Virus record (IMG/VR): IMGVR_UViG_3300025154_000006
Coordinates: 1 to 64,000 of that record
Origin: a virus
Direction: 5' to 3' (one strand)
Length of the DNA: 64,000 nt
Every line of letters starts with the position of its first letter. Within the stretch, counting starts at the first letter, position 1. Under the pieces are notes generated by a model, which was not told the origin of the DNA, searched no databases, and worked only from the letters and a program-made list of their open reading frames with translations. Shown here piece after piece: positions 9,764 through 19,794 of this stretch. Position numbers and translations under genes: made by a program.

Positions 9764-10246
9764 ATGATAATTTATGATCCCAATGACGATCCTGGCGCTT
9801 TTCCCGAGGCCGAGTACGAGGACATTGACGAAAGCGGCAATCCGCCACAGACAAAAGAGCGCAAAAAGACCATGAAAGAAGCGGCGCTTTCGCCAAAGAC
9901 GCCACTACAGCAAAAAGCACTCTACGCTTGCAGAGGGCGTCAGTATTTCGGCACTACGGCGCAGCGCAAATTGTTTCAGAAGATTGAAGCCAAAGCCATT
10001 GGCGCAGATCAACAAAGCCGTCTCTGGGCAGCCTGGATGGATGATCGAATTGGGTGGGCGGCAAAATATCGCTGGAGCATAGAAATGCTTGTGACGGCCA
10101 TTGAAAACAAAGTTAAATATGACGAATGGAAATCTCGACACGCTAGTCTTGTCCTGGCGAGGCCGTCCGTAGAACAACTTGCCGGTGTGGTTGAGAACAG
10201 AATGAAGGAATTAAAACATGACGGATCAGACCAGTCTGACTATTGA
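9764..10246 (+). CDS. hypothetical protein, possible replication initiator
   Basis: Position directly upstream of the DnaC-like ATPase. Confidence 0.45.
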   Translation: MIIYDPNDDPGAFPEAEYEDIDESGNPPQTKERKKTMKEAALSPKTPLQQKALYACRGRQYFGTTAQRKLFQKIEAKAIGADQQSRLWAAWMDDRIGWAAKYRWSIEMLVTAIENKVKYDEWKSRHASLVLARPSVEQLAGVVENRMKELKHDGSDQSDY

Positions 10247-11054
10247 TCACGCAGGAACTGCCGCGGCTTGGACATTCTGGATGGGCTATTTTCGGCAGCG
10301 ACAGGGTAAATTTCCTGGCTTCGATGTTCGTAAAGCAACCAAAAAAGACGTGCTTGGTCTTGGGAATGGCGACGAATGTCCCTTTTGCCACGGAACCGAG
10401 ATAATCAAGTTTAGGGAAACGGTTCGCACTACGAACTATAATCTTGATGCGGTTCTATGTGTTTGTTGCCTGATGCGAGTTACGGCAGGATCAAGAGACG
10501 AAGAATCGCCATGGCAATCTAAAACCGTAGCAGAATTGAAAGAACTTGACATTCCAAAAGGGTCTGCGGGGTTTACCAAAATCATAAAACAAGAAACTGC
10601 CAGATTTATTCGCGATCTTGGAATATGGGTTTATCTTAGTGGTACTTACGGTTGTGGGAAAACAGCACTTGCCTATGCGGTAAAGTCAAACCTACGAGGA
10701 ATTTCTACCTATGTCAACGTGGCAGATCTATCAGACAAAATCTATGAGGCTACCGGAAAACATACCCTAAACGACTTAACCGACAGTCTAATTGGCATTC
10801 CGGTGCTTATTGTTGATGATCTTGGAGCAGAACACTCTACGGATTATCTATATTCTGTACTTTATAAGGTCATAAATGGCAGATACGCAAGAGGGTTTGA
10901 TAGGCCGACTTATATAACGTCCAACCTTCCTATAGGCGAACTCAAGGTATCTACCGTTGACAATCTTCGCAGAATTGCCAGTCGTTTATCAGACAACGAA
11001 CTTGTTGTAGAACTCGTATCAAAACAAGCAGATTATCGAGGGATGAAGAAATGA
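10218..11054 (+). CDS. DnaC/IstB-like AAA+ helicase loader
   Basis: Walker A GTYGCGKT, Walker B LIVDDLGAE, ITSNL, RIASRL. Confidence 0.9.
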   Translation: MTDQTSLTIDHAGTAAAWTFWMGYFRQRQGKFPGFDVRKATKKDVLGLGNGDECPFCHGTEIIKFRETVRTTNYNLDAVLCVCCLMRVTAGSRDEESPWQSKTVAELKELDIPKGSAGFTKIIKQETARFIRDLGIWVYLSGTYGCGKTALAYAVKSNLRGISTYVNVADLSDKIYEATGKHTLNDLTDSLIGIPVLIVDDLGAEHSTDYLYSVLYKVINGRYARGFDRPTYITSNLPIGELKVSTVDNLRRIASRLSDNELVVELVSKQADYRGMKK

Positions 11055-11455
11055 CAGTAACAAAAGACCAAATTGCAAATTTGTTAAACGAGTACAAGAC
11101 GGATAAATTAGTTGCCATAAACGTATTGGGTATGCAACTTGAAAGTAATCTTGGATTAGCCGGAGGTCATTTTTGGGTTGGCAACGGCGTTCGGTTTGGC
11201 GAAATGAGACAGTGTGATCTATGGAGATTTAGTGACGATTTTTCTTGTGCTTGGGACGTGTTGGAGTTTCTTTCACAGAAGTACGAATGCTCAACCGCCG
11301 TTGGTCGCGAATATCCTTTCAATAGAGGCGTTTACGTAGCGCGAATGGTTGGCGGAAGGTATCAATACAATAACCCAGAATTGAAACTTTATGCCCTTGC
11401 CGAAACCGCGCCACTTGCTATCTGCCGTTTGGCATTACTTACGGTGGCAAAATGA
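11051..11455 (+). CDS. phage ABA-sandwich domain protein
   Basis: FS.D..CAW.V...TAPLAICRLAL. Confidence 0.75.
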   Translation: MTVTKDQIANLLNEYKTDKLVAINVLGMQLESNLGLAGGHFWVGNGVRFGEMRQCDLWRFSDDFSCAWDVLEFLSQKYECSTAVGREYPFNRGVYVARMVGGRYQYNNPELKLYALAETAPLAICRLALLTVAK

Positions 11456-12399
11456 TAAAGAGACTACATGAGATAGTTGAAGAACGCAGACTAGAGTTGA
11501 TCGAGTGGCAGAAGGACCCAGATGAACATCGTCCTATTTCAACTGGAATAACCGCGCTTGATGATCTGTTTGGCGGCTTTCCCAGGTATCCGTTTTACTT
11601 TGCTCTGATAGGAAGAATGAAAAGCGGGAAAAGCACCGTGGGTCTAAACCTAACACTTGCCCTGTGCGCTAATTCCCAAAAGCCCACCATTCTATATACG
11701 CTTGAAGAATCTAATAGAGAGGTTGCCGATAGGGTTATCGCAAAGTCAACAAGTGTTGGTCGTAGTGACATCTTTAATCTTAGGCTTACTTATGAGATGT
11801 TCCAAGAGATGACCCGAGCAGTAGAAGAGTGTAAAGAATTTAGTTATTATGTAAATGATCATTTATCTAACCTAACCGACATTCTTACGGATGCAAAGAA
11901 GAATAAAGTGACCCAGATCATCATTGATAACTTTCAGCTACTTACAGGAGGCAAAGGGCAATCAAAGAGAGAACAGTTAGAGTATTTATCTCAACAGATT
12001 ATGCGCGCCAGGCAGGAAGGCATGACAATATTCCTGGTTAGTCAGGGAAACGACAAGGACGGTTCTTTTGGGTCCGAACAAGTACTAAAAGACGCCAATA
12101 TCGTTGTTGGTATTGATTTAGTTCATATTGACTCAACAGATAAGAATAGTGCTATTCTGGATACCATGAGGCGGCTTACGGTACGGCTTTCTAGGTTTTC
12201 TTCAATGGGCACTCATGCAGATATATTCTTTGATGGAGAACACTCACGCATACTTCAATTAGAAACAGTAATGCCCGATGATATAGACTTCTATATCAGA
12301 ACACTTGATAAACACGGAAGCGCAGAACAGGCAATTGTCGAACCGGCCATACCAGAACCAGAAATGGAAGAGAACCTTCCAATAGTAATAGGAGAATAA
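11452..12399 (+). CDS. DnaB-like replicative helicase (C-terminal ATPase domain only)
   Basis: ISTGITALD, GRMKSGKS, TLEES, IIDNFQL, VSQ. Confidence 0.85.
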   Translation: MIKRLHEIVEERRLELIEWQKDPDEHRPISTGITALDDLFGGFPRYPFYFALIGRMKSGKSTVGLNLTLALCANSQKPTILYTLEESNREVADRVIAKSTSVGRSDIFNLRLTYEMFQEMTRAVEECKEFSYYVNDHLSNLTDILTDAKKNKVTQIIIDNFQLLTGGKGQSKREQLEYLSQQIMRARQEGMTIFLVSQGNDKDGSFGSEQVLKDANIVVGIDLVHIDSTDKNSAILDTMRRLTVRLSRFSSMGTHADIFFDGEHSRILQLETVMPDDIDFYIRTLDKHGSAEQAIVEPAIPEPEMEENLPIVIGE

Positions 12400-12401
12400 A
12401 C

Positions 12402-12731
12402 TTGAACATCTTTTCAATATTCGCGTCATACTTACTTTATAAGTTAGGTGTATTTATGGATCACAGTGCGAATTTCTTTTACCGCAAGGCGCATGTTCGG
12501 GCCACGGTAGGTAGGCAATTGTTTAACTCTCCGCCTACAGATCGCAATCTCTATGTTATTGTTTACAAGAAAGGAGATAGCGCCTTTGTCTCAATGGGAT
12601 ATAATAATGTCTGGGATGAAGAGAAACTGAAACAAAAGTATATGCTTTCCAAGGGAGAAGTTGTATATTTTGAGAGTATTTCTGATTTCCGCAAGAATGG
12701 CCTAAATGCAATCTGGACTAAAAACGAGTAG
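12402..12731 (+). CDS. hypothetical protein
   Basis: TTG start after aggag. Confidence 0.5.
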   Translation: MNIFSIFASYLLYKLGVFMDHSANFFYRKAHVRATVGRQLFNSPPTDRNLYVIVYKKGDSAFVSMGYNNVWDEEKLKQKYMLSKGEVVYFESISDFRKNGLNAIWTKNE

Positions 12732-13070
12732 TACCCTGGCAATCCTGCCCAATATATAAATACAAGGAGAATAAAATGTTTGAAATTATCGAAGATGTAA
12801 AAAGGGGCAAACGCAACGCGAGTGATATTTATGGTTTTGCGCTTTGGTGGCCTGGAAAGACATTCTGGATTTGGTTCCTTTTTGCTATTATGGGAACGGT
12901 GCTTGTAGTCTTATTTCACAAGTAGTTAATATCATCTTCTCAACCGACCACCTCCGCTTCGGCAAATGTGCAAATGTAGAACCTGAATGATTACAGGTGC
13001 GGTCCATAGAATTATGGACTTAGGTTGTCTAATGGGCGTAAAGCCGTCCAACTTTTCAAAAGGAGATAAT

Positions 13071-13277
13071 ATGGGACTGCGTGGACCAAAACGATCTGAA
13101 AAACACAAGAAAGTTATGGAACTTATTAAAACGAAATCTGCATCAGAGATTTCTCGCATTCTTGGAATATCAAGAGAGCGCGTAAGACAAATCATTTACG
13201 CCAATGGCGGATATGCCGAAGAGTATGTTGTGCATCCGTTTGGCAAGCATAACCAAAAGAGGAAACATGCTTCTTAG
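13071..13277 (+). CDS. HTH protein (sigma70 region-4-like)
   Basis: SASEISRILGISRERVRQI. Confidence 0.75.
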   Translation: MGLRGPKRSEKHKKVMELIKTKSASEISRILGISRERVRQIIYANGGYAEEYVVHPFGKHNQKRKHAS

Positions 13278-13512
13278 CGATAAACAGTTACTACTTCTAT
13301 TATGCGTTTCAGAAAAGAGGAAGATTGTAGACATTTCTAAAATCATTGGTCGTTCGCAGAGAACTGTACAAGTGCTTCTGGAAGAACTAGAGAAGCTTGG
13401 CTATCTTGAGAATACTTACGGTCCCAACGGTGGCGGCAAAACCGCTGGTAGGCACTTGACGCCAAGTACAATTAAACTCCTGCAACAAACAGGACACAGG
13501 AATATCAAATAG
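13267..13512 (+). CDS. winged-HTH DNA-binding protein
   Basis: IVDISKIIGRSQRTVQVLLEELEKLGYL. Confidence 0.75.
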   Translation: MLLSDKQLLLLLCVSEKRKIVDISKIIGRSQRTVQVLLEELEKLGYLENTYGPNGGGKTAGRHLTPSTIKLLQQTGHRNIK

Positions 13513-13521
13513 GAGAAGAAA

Positions 13522-13917
13522 ATGATCTCCCAACAACTTCAATATTTCATAACTTTCGTTCGGAATGATATAAAGAAGCGCACAGAACAGGAAAACTATG
13601 TTGAAACGGTCACTTCCGACGCCGCAAGAATTACGTTGATTATTGCCATTCGCCAGATTTTCCCAGATACTATCAAAAACCGAGACTTGCGACTTGGTAT
13701 AATCATGGCGCTTACTGGAATTCCCATATCTTCACAGAACGATCTGCCCGCGGCGTGTACATCTTCGTTAATTGGAGCCATAAATGATAATCTTGCCCGA
13801 GATACTACAGGAAGCATTTCCAGAGAACTCCAGGATGCGGTTGAAGGCTTACATTATTTCTACCCGTGGAAAATACTTGAACCCAGGGAGCCCGACATGG
13901 ATTTGTCCCATTTGTAA
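13522..13917 (+). CDS. hypothetical protein
   Basis: RBS aggag. Confidence 0.6.
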   Translation: MISQQLQYFITFVRNDIKKRTEQENYVETVTSDAARITLIIAIRQIFPDTIKNRDLRLGIIMALTGIPISSQNDLPAACTSSLIGAINDNLARDTTGSISRELQDAVEGLHYFYPWKILEPREPDMDLSHL

Positions 13918-14224
13918 TGGAAAAATGGATAAATATATTCCTTTTGATATGCACGAGGCATTAATTTCAAGAGGACAAGTACAAGGAAGTCCATTTGCAT
14001 TCTTAATATACCACCCGTGTAACGTAGTTTTGAGGCACAATAGCATAACAGGTTGCAGGCACGAAGGTGGAGTGGGCGGCAGCGAGATATTTGCTAAGTG
14101 CGCCAAGCAAATTGCACATTATGAAACCAGCGAAAGGGTTACTGGTTATCTTATTGCAATGCAAGAGTACTTTCCGGTCGTGGCCCGCGATGTGCTACAG
14201 CGGTTTCTTTCACTTGGAGAATAA
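13877..14224 (+). CDS. HNH-like Zn-binding protein
   Basis: CPIC..DMHE..N....H....CRH; start position uncertain. Confidence 0.5.
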   Translation: MNPGSPTWICPICNGKMDKYIPFDMHEALISRGQVQGSPFAFLIYHPCNVVLRHNSITGCRHEGGVGGSEIFAKCAKQIAHYETSERVTGYLIAMQEYFPVVARDVLQRFLSLGE

Positions 14225-14226
14225 AA

Positions 14227-14427
14227 ATGTCCATTATTCAAACAAATACATGGACTTGCGAAATCTGCGGAAAAGTATCTGTTGACACACATGAGGTTTG
14301 GCTTTATTCCGATCCCGTTGTAAAACCACCAAATGACGAGAATTGGTATCACGTAGGAGAATTCTTCAAAGAAAAACTGGCCTGTCCAAAATGCGTTAAG
14401 AAATATGGAAACCAAGAGGAACAATAA
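14227..14427 (+). CDS. small Zn-ribbon protein
   Basis: CEICG..CPKC. Confidence 0.6.
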   Translation: MSIIQTNTWTCEICGKVSVDTHEVWLYSDPVVKPPNDENWYHVGEFFKEKLACPKCVKKYGNQEEQ

Positions 14428-14630
14428 TGAAACACTATTACAAAAAAGCATTGTACATTGCCACAGAAGAAGCATACGAAAATGAAGTAATTGATACGGC
14501 AATGAAAGATTTGATAATTGGCGAAGACAAAGACTTCGCAGATAAAGAAGATTGGATTACTTGTCATATTTCAGAGTAGCTAGAAAAAGCAGAAGAGGAA
14601 GTAAATGCCAGACGGAAAAACCCATCATAA
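14427..14630 (+). pseudogene. small ORF interrupted by TAG at 14577-14579
   Basis: TAATG coupling; the frame continues ISE*LEKAEEEVNARRKNPS and overlaps the next start. Confidence 0.45.
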
Positions 14631-15159
14631 ATATTATAAAAGTGTCGGTTGGCCGATAGTTATTGTTCTATCGTTATTTGTTCTAGGATGGACACTTGTA
14701 GTTGATAGGGCTAATGCTGGTTGGTATCTTGAGTTCGCATTCTGGCTTTATCCACACTATCTAAGCGCCGCAGTCTGCGAACCGGACCTAGACTTACTTG
14801 GTGTGTCGTCTAGTGATGGGGTTATGCTTAGAAAACTTGGATGTGTGGGAGTACCGATTTTTGCTTATTGGGCTTTCTATGCCGCTATGATTCGTTATCT
14901 ATCAAAGACTTTTGGATTTGGTGGTATATTTGGCGGACACAGAAGTAAGTTGAGCCATAGTCTATTTCCCGGAACCGTAATCAGAATGGCATTTGTTGAC
15001 TTCCCGTTCTTTGCAGGATACTGGTTATTTTCACGGTTCGCAGTACGAACATTTAGCGTTTCGTTTTGGGATATAACAATTTTTTTGCTGGCACAATTTG
15101 CGGCTTTGGGTGTTAGCGACAGTATACATATATGGCTTGACAAAAATCATGGAGAATAA
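14605..15159 (+). CDS. DUF2227-like metal-binding membrane protein
   Basis: MPDGKTH, PDLD, HRS.LSH, HIWLD; hydrophobic segments. Confidence 0.75.
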   Translation: MPDGKTHHKYYKSVGWPIVIVLSLFVLGWTLVVDRANAGWYLEFAFWLYPHYLSAAVCEPDLDLLGVSSSDGVMLRKLGCVGVPIFAYWAFYAAMIRYLSKTFGFGGIFGGHRSKLSHSLFPGTVIRMAFVDFPFFAGYWLFSRFAVRTFSVSFWDITIFLLAQFAALGVSDSIHIWLDKNHGE

Positions 15160-15162
15160 GTT

Positions 15163-16212
15163 ATGAATAGTGAAGATATCAGAGAGCTTGGACAGGAAGA
15201 ACAGGAGCGCTTGGCAGAAGCACGGAAGAACTTTTGCTTACTTAGGCCAGAACCAGTACTTGAGGATATTGTATTTGATGAACCCATTTACGTAGAGCCA
15301 ACTTTCAAAGGCGAGTTTGGTCTTCAAAGCGCCTCGATGTGGCTTTCTGTGATTGGGTCCGTGATCGTCTCTGCTCTGACCGTTGGTATCATGTTGTTTA
15401 TTTCGGCAATTAGGACGGATGCCAATCTGCTAAATACTGAATCTGGCGATTGGATTATCTCATTGGCAAAGGTAATGCCAGTAGCCTTTCTGTTTGCTGG
15501 CATGATTGCCTTTGAAGGATATGCTCTATCTCACGGATTGGCGGTTGGCAGAGAGAAGGGAAAAGAAAGCTTTTCTCCGTGGGCGCTGATTGCCTCGTTT
15601 GCAGTAATGTGTTTTGCTGGCCTTATGCGTTCATTTGGACTTGCAGATATGGCAAACGCAAGCGAATTAGTAATGTTTATCTATAATCTTGTTACGGTTC
15701 TGGTTATTATCTCTATGGGCGTAGGTGCGCCGCTAATTGTTTACTTTGGAGCAATCAATATTGGAGCATTTACGTCTAAGTTTGAGGAGAAGAAGAAGCA
15801 CAGTAAAGAAGAATTTCACAAAGAATTGATTACCGCAAAAGAGAAACACCAGCAAGAAAAAGATGATTTTTATGCTAGTTATCAGAAGCGTATCGATAAG
15901 TGGTTTTTGGATTTTGAAAAGTATTATCGTTCGTCCGCAGATCAGTTGTTTGGCGTAGATCGTACCAGGCAACGCGCAACTAAAACAAGTAGCCAGGCCA
16001 GTCGCCACGAAGAGGTTGCAGAGAATGTCAGAGCTAAAGTTAGGGGCTTCCTAAAACAATCGGACATCTTGCCAAGTCAAGTTGGTAAAGAAGGTGTAAT
16101 CTCTGTGGCGCGGATCAACGATGAACTTGGAATTACCGATGCGGTTACGAAGAATAATGTAAGTGTTTATATCAACGGTTTCAAGAACTTAGAACTCACT
16201 GGAAAGTGGTAG
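15163..16212 (+). CDS. multi-pass membrane protein with coiled-coil tail
   Basis: About 4 hydrophobic helices followed by a charged coiled coil. Confidence 0.65.
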   Translation: MNSEDIRELGQEEQERLAEARKNFCLLRPEPVLEDIVFDEPIYVEPTFKGEFGLQSASMWLSVIGSVIVSALTVGIMLFISAIRTDANLLNTESGDWIISLAKVMPVAFLFAGMIAFEGYALSHGLAVGREKGKESFSPWALIASFAVMCFAGLMRSFGLADMANASELVMFIYNLVTVLVIISMGVGAPLIVYFGAINIGAFTSKFEEKKKHSKEEFHKELITAKEKHQQEKDDFYASYQKRIDKWFLDFEKYYRSSADQLFGVDRTRQRATKTSSQASRHEEVAENVRAKVRGFLKQSDILPSQVGKEGVISVARINDELGITDAVTKNNVSVYINGFKNLELTGKW

Positions 16213-16231
16213 GTTGAATTTATACCTATCG

Positions 16232-16240
16232 TGATATAAT
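16232..16240 (+). promoter_or_regulatory. extended -10 promoter (TGaTATAAT)
   Basis: Upstream of aaggag RBS and ATG at 16268. Confidence 0.65.
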
Positions 16241-16267
16241 AGTTCTATACACAAAAAGGAGAACAAA

Positions 16268-16921
16268 ATGGAAAAAGACATCATCGTTGGTGAGATTATG
16301 GACACTCAGGTTTCGCCCGGGCAACTCAAGGCAATTAGTGCTTTGCGTACCGCGAAGATCCCGAAAGAACACATCAAGAAACATCCTGGCAAAGGAGGCA
16401 AAACTTTTAGTTTTGTTCCTCATACTATTGCCACGGATACTCTGAATAGCGCTTTGGGTATGAATTGGGATTGGGAAATTCTTGACTACAGTCTCTATCC
16501 AGACAATAGTGCCGTCGCCCGCGGGAAACTGACCGTTCATTGGACGGACCGGGACGGCAAAGAGCGAGAACGGAAAGTTACCGAAATGGGCGGCTTTGAT
16601 GGTAAGGGCGATAAGCCCACCGCGGCCTATGTTGTTCTGAGTGCCTGTAGTCGTGCCTTACTTCGCTGTATGCTTCGGATGTTCGGATATGGACGTGAAC
16701 TCTATCCAGACGACGAGGGCGGTCTTACTACTGAGCAAGCCTGGAATACTCTTGAGCAGTATGCCAAGACCAAGAAGGTGTCTAAAGAAGAGTTGGTCGC
16801 GGCTATCAAAACTAGTGGCATTACCAAAGATACTCTAGTTGATCGCTTTGAAGAAGCGTATGCCCTAGTACAGGCTATTCTTGACTCTAAAACCAAATCC
16901 GCCGTACCCTCTACTCTATAA
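16268..16921 (+). CDS. Rad52/22-family single-strand annealing protein
   Basis: IKKHPGKGGKTFSFV..LNSALGMNWDWEI..A.S.AL.RC...FG.G.ELY. Confidence 0.8.
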   Translation: MEKDIIVGEIMDTQVSPGQLKAISALRTAKIPKEHIKKHPGKGGKTFSFVPHTIATDTLNSALGMNWDWEILDYSLYPDNSAVARGKLTVHWTDRDGKERERKVTEMGGFDGKGDKPTAAYVVLSACSRALLRCMLRMFGYGRELYPDDEGGLTTEQAWNTLEQYAKTKKVSKEELVAAIKTSGITKDTLVDRFEEAYALVQAILDSKTKSAVPSTL

Positions 16922-17037
16922 TTTTTTTAAAGCCTCTTGCATTCGTGACGTTCTATATGATTATGGAACCAGGTCCCAGATGGCTTAGACGATGCAATGG
17001 GCTTTAGAACAGTTCGTAGTGCGAACACGGAGACGAT

Positions 17038-17307
17038 ATGACCAATGCGATTGTCAAATGCAAACGGTGCAGCAAGTTTCTTCTGCCCCACACTAAGATG
17101 TGCGGAAATTGCGGTTGGACAAACAATACGCAATGGATGAGTAAAGATGTTACCACATCTGTCCGCATGGGTAAGTCTAGTGGCACATTACACAAGTATG
17201 TTATCAGAGACGGCGAAGTTGTAGAGTTGCTTCCGGCCAGAACGCACAGGCAAAGGCGAAAATTTGTCGCGGATATTAAGAATAGAAAAACTCAAAAAGT
17301 ACACTAA
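17038..17307 (+). CDS. Zn-ribbon hypothetical protein
   Basis: CKRC..CGNCG. Confidence 0.6.
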   Translation: MTNAIVKCKRCSKFLLPHTKMCGNCGWTNNTQWMSKDVTTSVRMGKSSGTLHKYVIRDGEVVELLPARTHRQRRKFVADIKNRKTQKVH

Positions 17308-17316
17308 GGAGAAAAC

Positions 17317-17518
17317 ATGAATATCAAATTGCTTGCAAAACTCAATATGGCCATGGAAAAGTTTGTTAAAACAGAATGCGATTCTAATATGGCAAGAACT
17401 AAATGTATGGAATCCTCCTAATCTCGCTAAGTTTATGGCAGCTGCTGCGGCGGCTGTTTTTGATATAAGTATAGAATCTAGTGACTTTACAGAAAACAAC
17501 CTAAGTATATCTTCTTAG
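17317..17518 (+). pseudogene. small ORF with apparent frameshift near 17385
   Basis: RBS and ATG at 17317 read into a short frame; protein-like sequence continues in another frame (WQELNVWNPPNLAKFMAAAAAAVFD) to 17518. Confidence 0.4.
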
Positions 17519-17554
17519 TTCGCATTACGAACACAGCAGATAGGAGAAAGTACC

Positions 17555-17935
17555 ATGCCATTACTTCCAATTATGCACGAGTTCGTTCCGATGATCGAAT
17601 CTGGGAGGAAATTTCATACAATCCGTAAAGAGAGAAAACACCCATTCAAAGTAGGGCAATCTCTCTTCTTGTATACCGATTCTCGTACGCCCAGGGCAAA
17701 ATTCCAGTTCGAGAAGCCACTTAATTACATCTACCGCGTATCGGTTGACCCAGAGTTGCTTACAGTGCTTCTAGAAGGCAATCCCATGTCTATGCGACAA
17801 ATCAAAGACTTGGCTTGGCACGATGGCTTTGATGATCATTTTGCCTTCTTTAGGTTCTTTGAAAGGTATTCTCTAGACATTTGTAAGACAGATTTAAGAT
17901 TATTGTGTTGGGAATTTCCATCTTATCTATTCTAG
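17555..17935 (+). CDS. ASCH/PUA-like domain protein
   Basis: IESGRKFHTIR..LAWHDGF. Confidence 0.7.
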   Translation: MPLLPIMHEFVPMIESGRKFHTIRKERKHPFKVGQSLFLYTDSRTPRAKFQFEKPLNYIYRVSVDPELLTVLLEGNPMSMRQIKDLAWHDGFDDHFAFFRFFERYSLDICKTDLRLLCWEFPSYLF

Positions 17936-17943
17936 GAGACAAA

Positions 17944-18951
17944 ATGAATAACGTTTGCTATATAGGCCAAATAAAAGAAGTCAAGCCCATTGAACTTGCT
18001 GATCGTCTGGAAAGTGCCGTTGTTTTCTGTGGCGATGGCGGGACATGGGAAGGTGTGGTTGAAAAATGGCGTTGGCAACTCGGAGAAATGTGTGTTGTCT
18101 TTCTTTAAGACGCCCTAGTTCCTGCCATTCCGGGACTTGAGTTCATGGATAAGAGTAAGCGCCGCGTCAAAATGGCTCGTTTCCGCGGTGCGCCAAGCGA
18201 ATGCGTGATCTTCAATTGTATTGCTACTGGCAATGTTGGCGATGAGGTAAGTGAACAACTTGGAGTTACTAAGTACGAGAAGCCTATTCCCGTAGAGATG
18301 CAAGGGCAGGCTAAGGGCAACTTCCCGTTATTTATCCCAAAGACAAGTGAACAAAATTACCAAGCGGCACCAGTCATTGTTGAGTATCTAGGGACCGTTC
18401 CATTCTATGTTACTCTAAAGGTAGATGGGATTAGCGGTACTGCTTATCGTTATTTTGGAGAATTTGGCGTTTGTTCTCGTACTCTGGAACTCAAAGACCA
18501 GTTTCCATTCTGGAAGAAAAATCTTGATTATCCGGGTAATATCTATTGGCGTATGGCTAAAAAGTACGATCTTGAAAACAAGATCCCGGAGGGTTTCGCC
18601 ATTCAGTTTGAAGTCTACGGAGAGGGTATTGGCGTTCCAAAGAACCCGCTTGGGATCAAAGGACATGAGATTATCGTCTTCAATCTCTACAACATTGCCA
18701 AACATGAGTACGAGAGTTATCAGACACTCAAAGATTTCTGTTCGCAGTACGAACTTCCCTTTCCGCAAGAAGTTGATCCGTTGTCTATTCCTCAAATGGA
18801 AACCAATGATGATTGGCGTAAGTTCGTAGAAACCCTCAAATACTCTAATGGCAAACCCGTTGAGGGTATTGTTGTTCGTCCTCTTGTAGAACATAGGGCT
18901 GGAAATCATCGCTGTAGTATGAAGGTACTCAACTTGAGCCATAAGGACTAA
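17944..18951 (+). pseudogene. RNA ligase (Rnl2/DRB0094-like) with in-frame TAA at 18106-18108
   Basis: N-terminus I..VKPIELADRLE; motif I KVDG, QFEVYG, FNLY, EGIVVR, SMKV; both ORFs share a frame. Confidence 0.85.
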
Positions 18952-19143
18952 TCAAATGCTAAATCAAATTGATAATATTCGTCGTTTCCCGGAAGGTTTT
19001 ATCAAGTTTTGCACTTTTCACTCTATTGTAGAAATAGAGAAATGGGCACAAAAACAAGAATGCTGGTACTTTCAACAGATTGCCTATAAACAAGAGACCT
19101 ATCTTGCGGCAATCAAAACAATTCAGACAACAGGAGAATAATC

Positions 19144-19503
19144 ATGGACATTAAAGAGATCAAAATCAAGAAGGCCGCTTTTGAAGATTTTGGATTAGAA
19201 TTGTCGAGATTTAGTTCGCGATCCGATTATTTTGGTTTGTTTTATAGAGCAGACTATTCAGGAAGATATTCAAGATTTATCTTCTGTAGAGAAGTTTGGG
19301 AAATTGAACAACTTGTAAAAGTCATCGAAGCACTTACGGACTTTTCGTGGGATCCTGCGAACGCAATGTACGGGAATTACTTTAGACCTGAGCAAGCAAA
19401 GTATTATAGAGAACAGGATCAAAAGCGACTTGATAGGCAAATTGTCAGTAGTGGTAAATGGCAAGGTGACGAAAGAGACGAAACAAGGGCGGTGCGAAAA
19501 TGA
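19144..19503 (+). CDS. hypothetical protein
   Basis: RBS aggag. Confidence 0.6.
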   Translation: MDIKEIKIKKAAFEDFGLELSRFSSRSDYFGLFYRADYSGRYSRFIFCREVWEIEQLVKVIEALTDFSWDPANAMYGNYFRPEQAKYYREQDQKRLDRQIVSSGKWQGDERDETRAVRK

Positions 19504-19794
19504 CTATAAATCTAGATTTTGATTTGCTGGCAGACGCTTTTCAGAATGCCAACATTTTGTGATCAATGAAGTAAGCTGTTATCAAGAGGGCTGGATGAAC
19601 GGACAAAAGCGAATTGTGAAGTTGGCATAACTAAAGGAGAGATAACATGGAAGAACAACCGATTTGCGAATGGCACGCTATTGATGTTGTTGGTGGAGAA
19701 GCCTGGGTATGGGCATCTACTCGGGAAGATGCTATTCAACAGGCTAGCGCAGTTCCCGGAATTATAGAAATTGAGTATTGCGAACGGGTATATA

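Noticed and set aside
1121-18108. Alternative genetic code (stop-codon reassignment) suggested by in-frame stops
   Set aside because: The interrupting stops are mixed (TAG and TAA). Many genes end cleanly in TAG directly before the next RBS (e.g. 6098, 9755, 13512, 17935), and long genes are open in the standard code.
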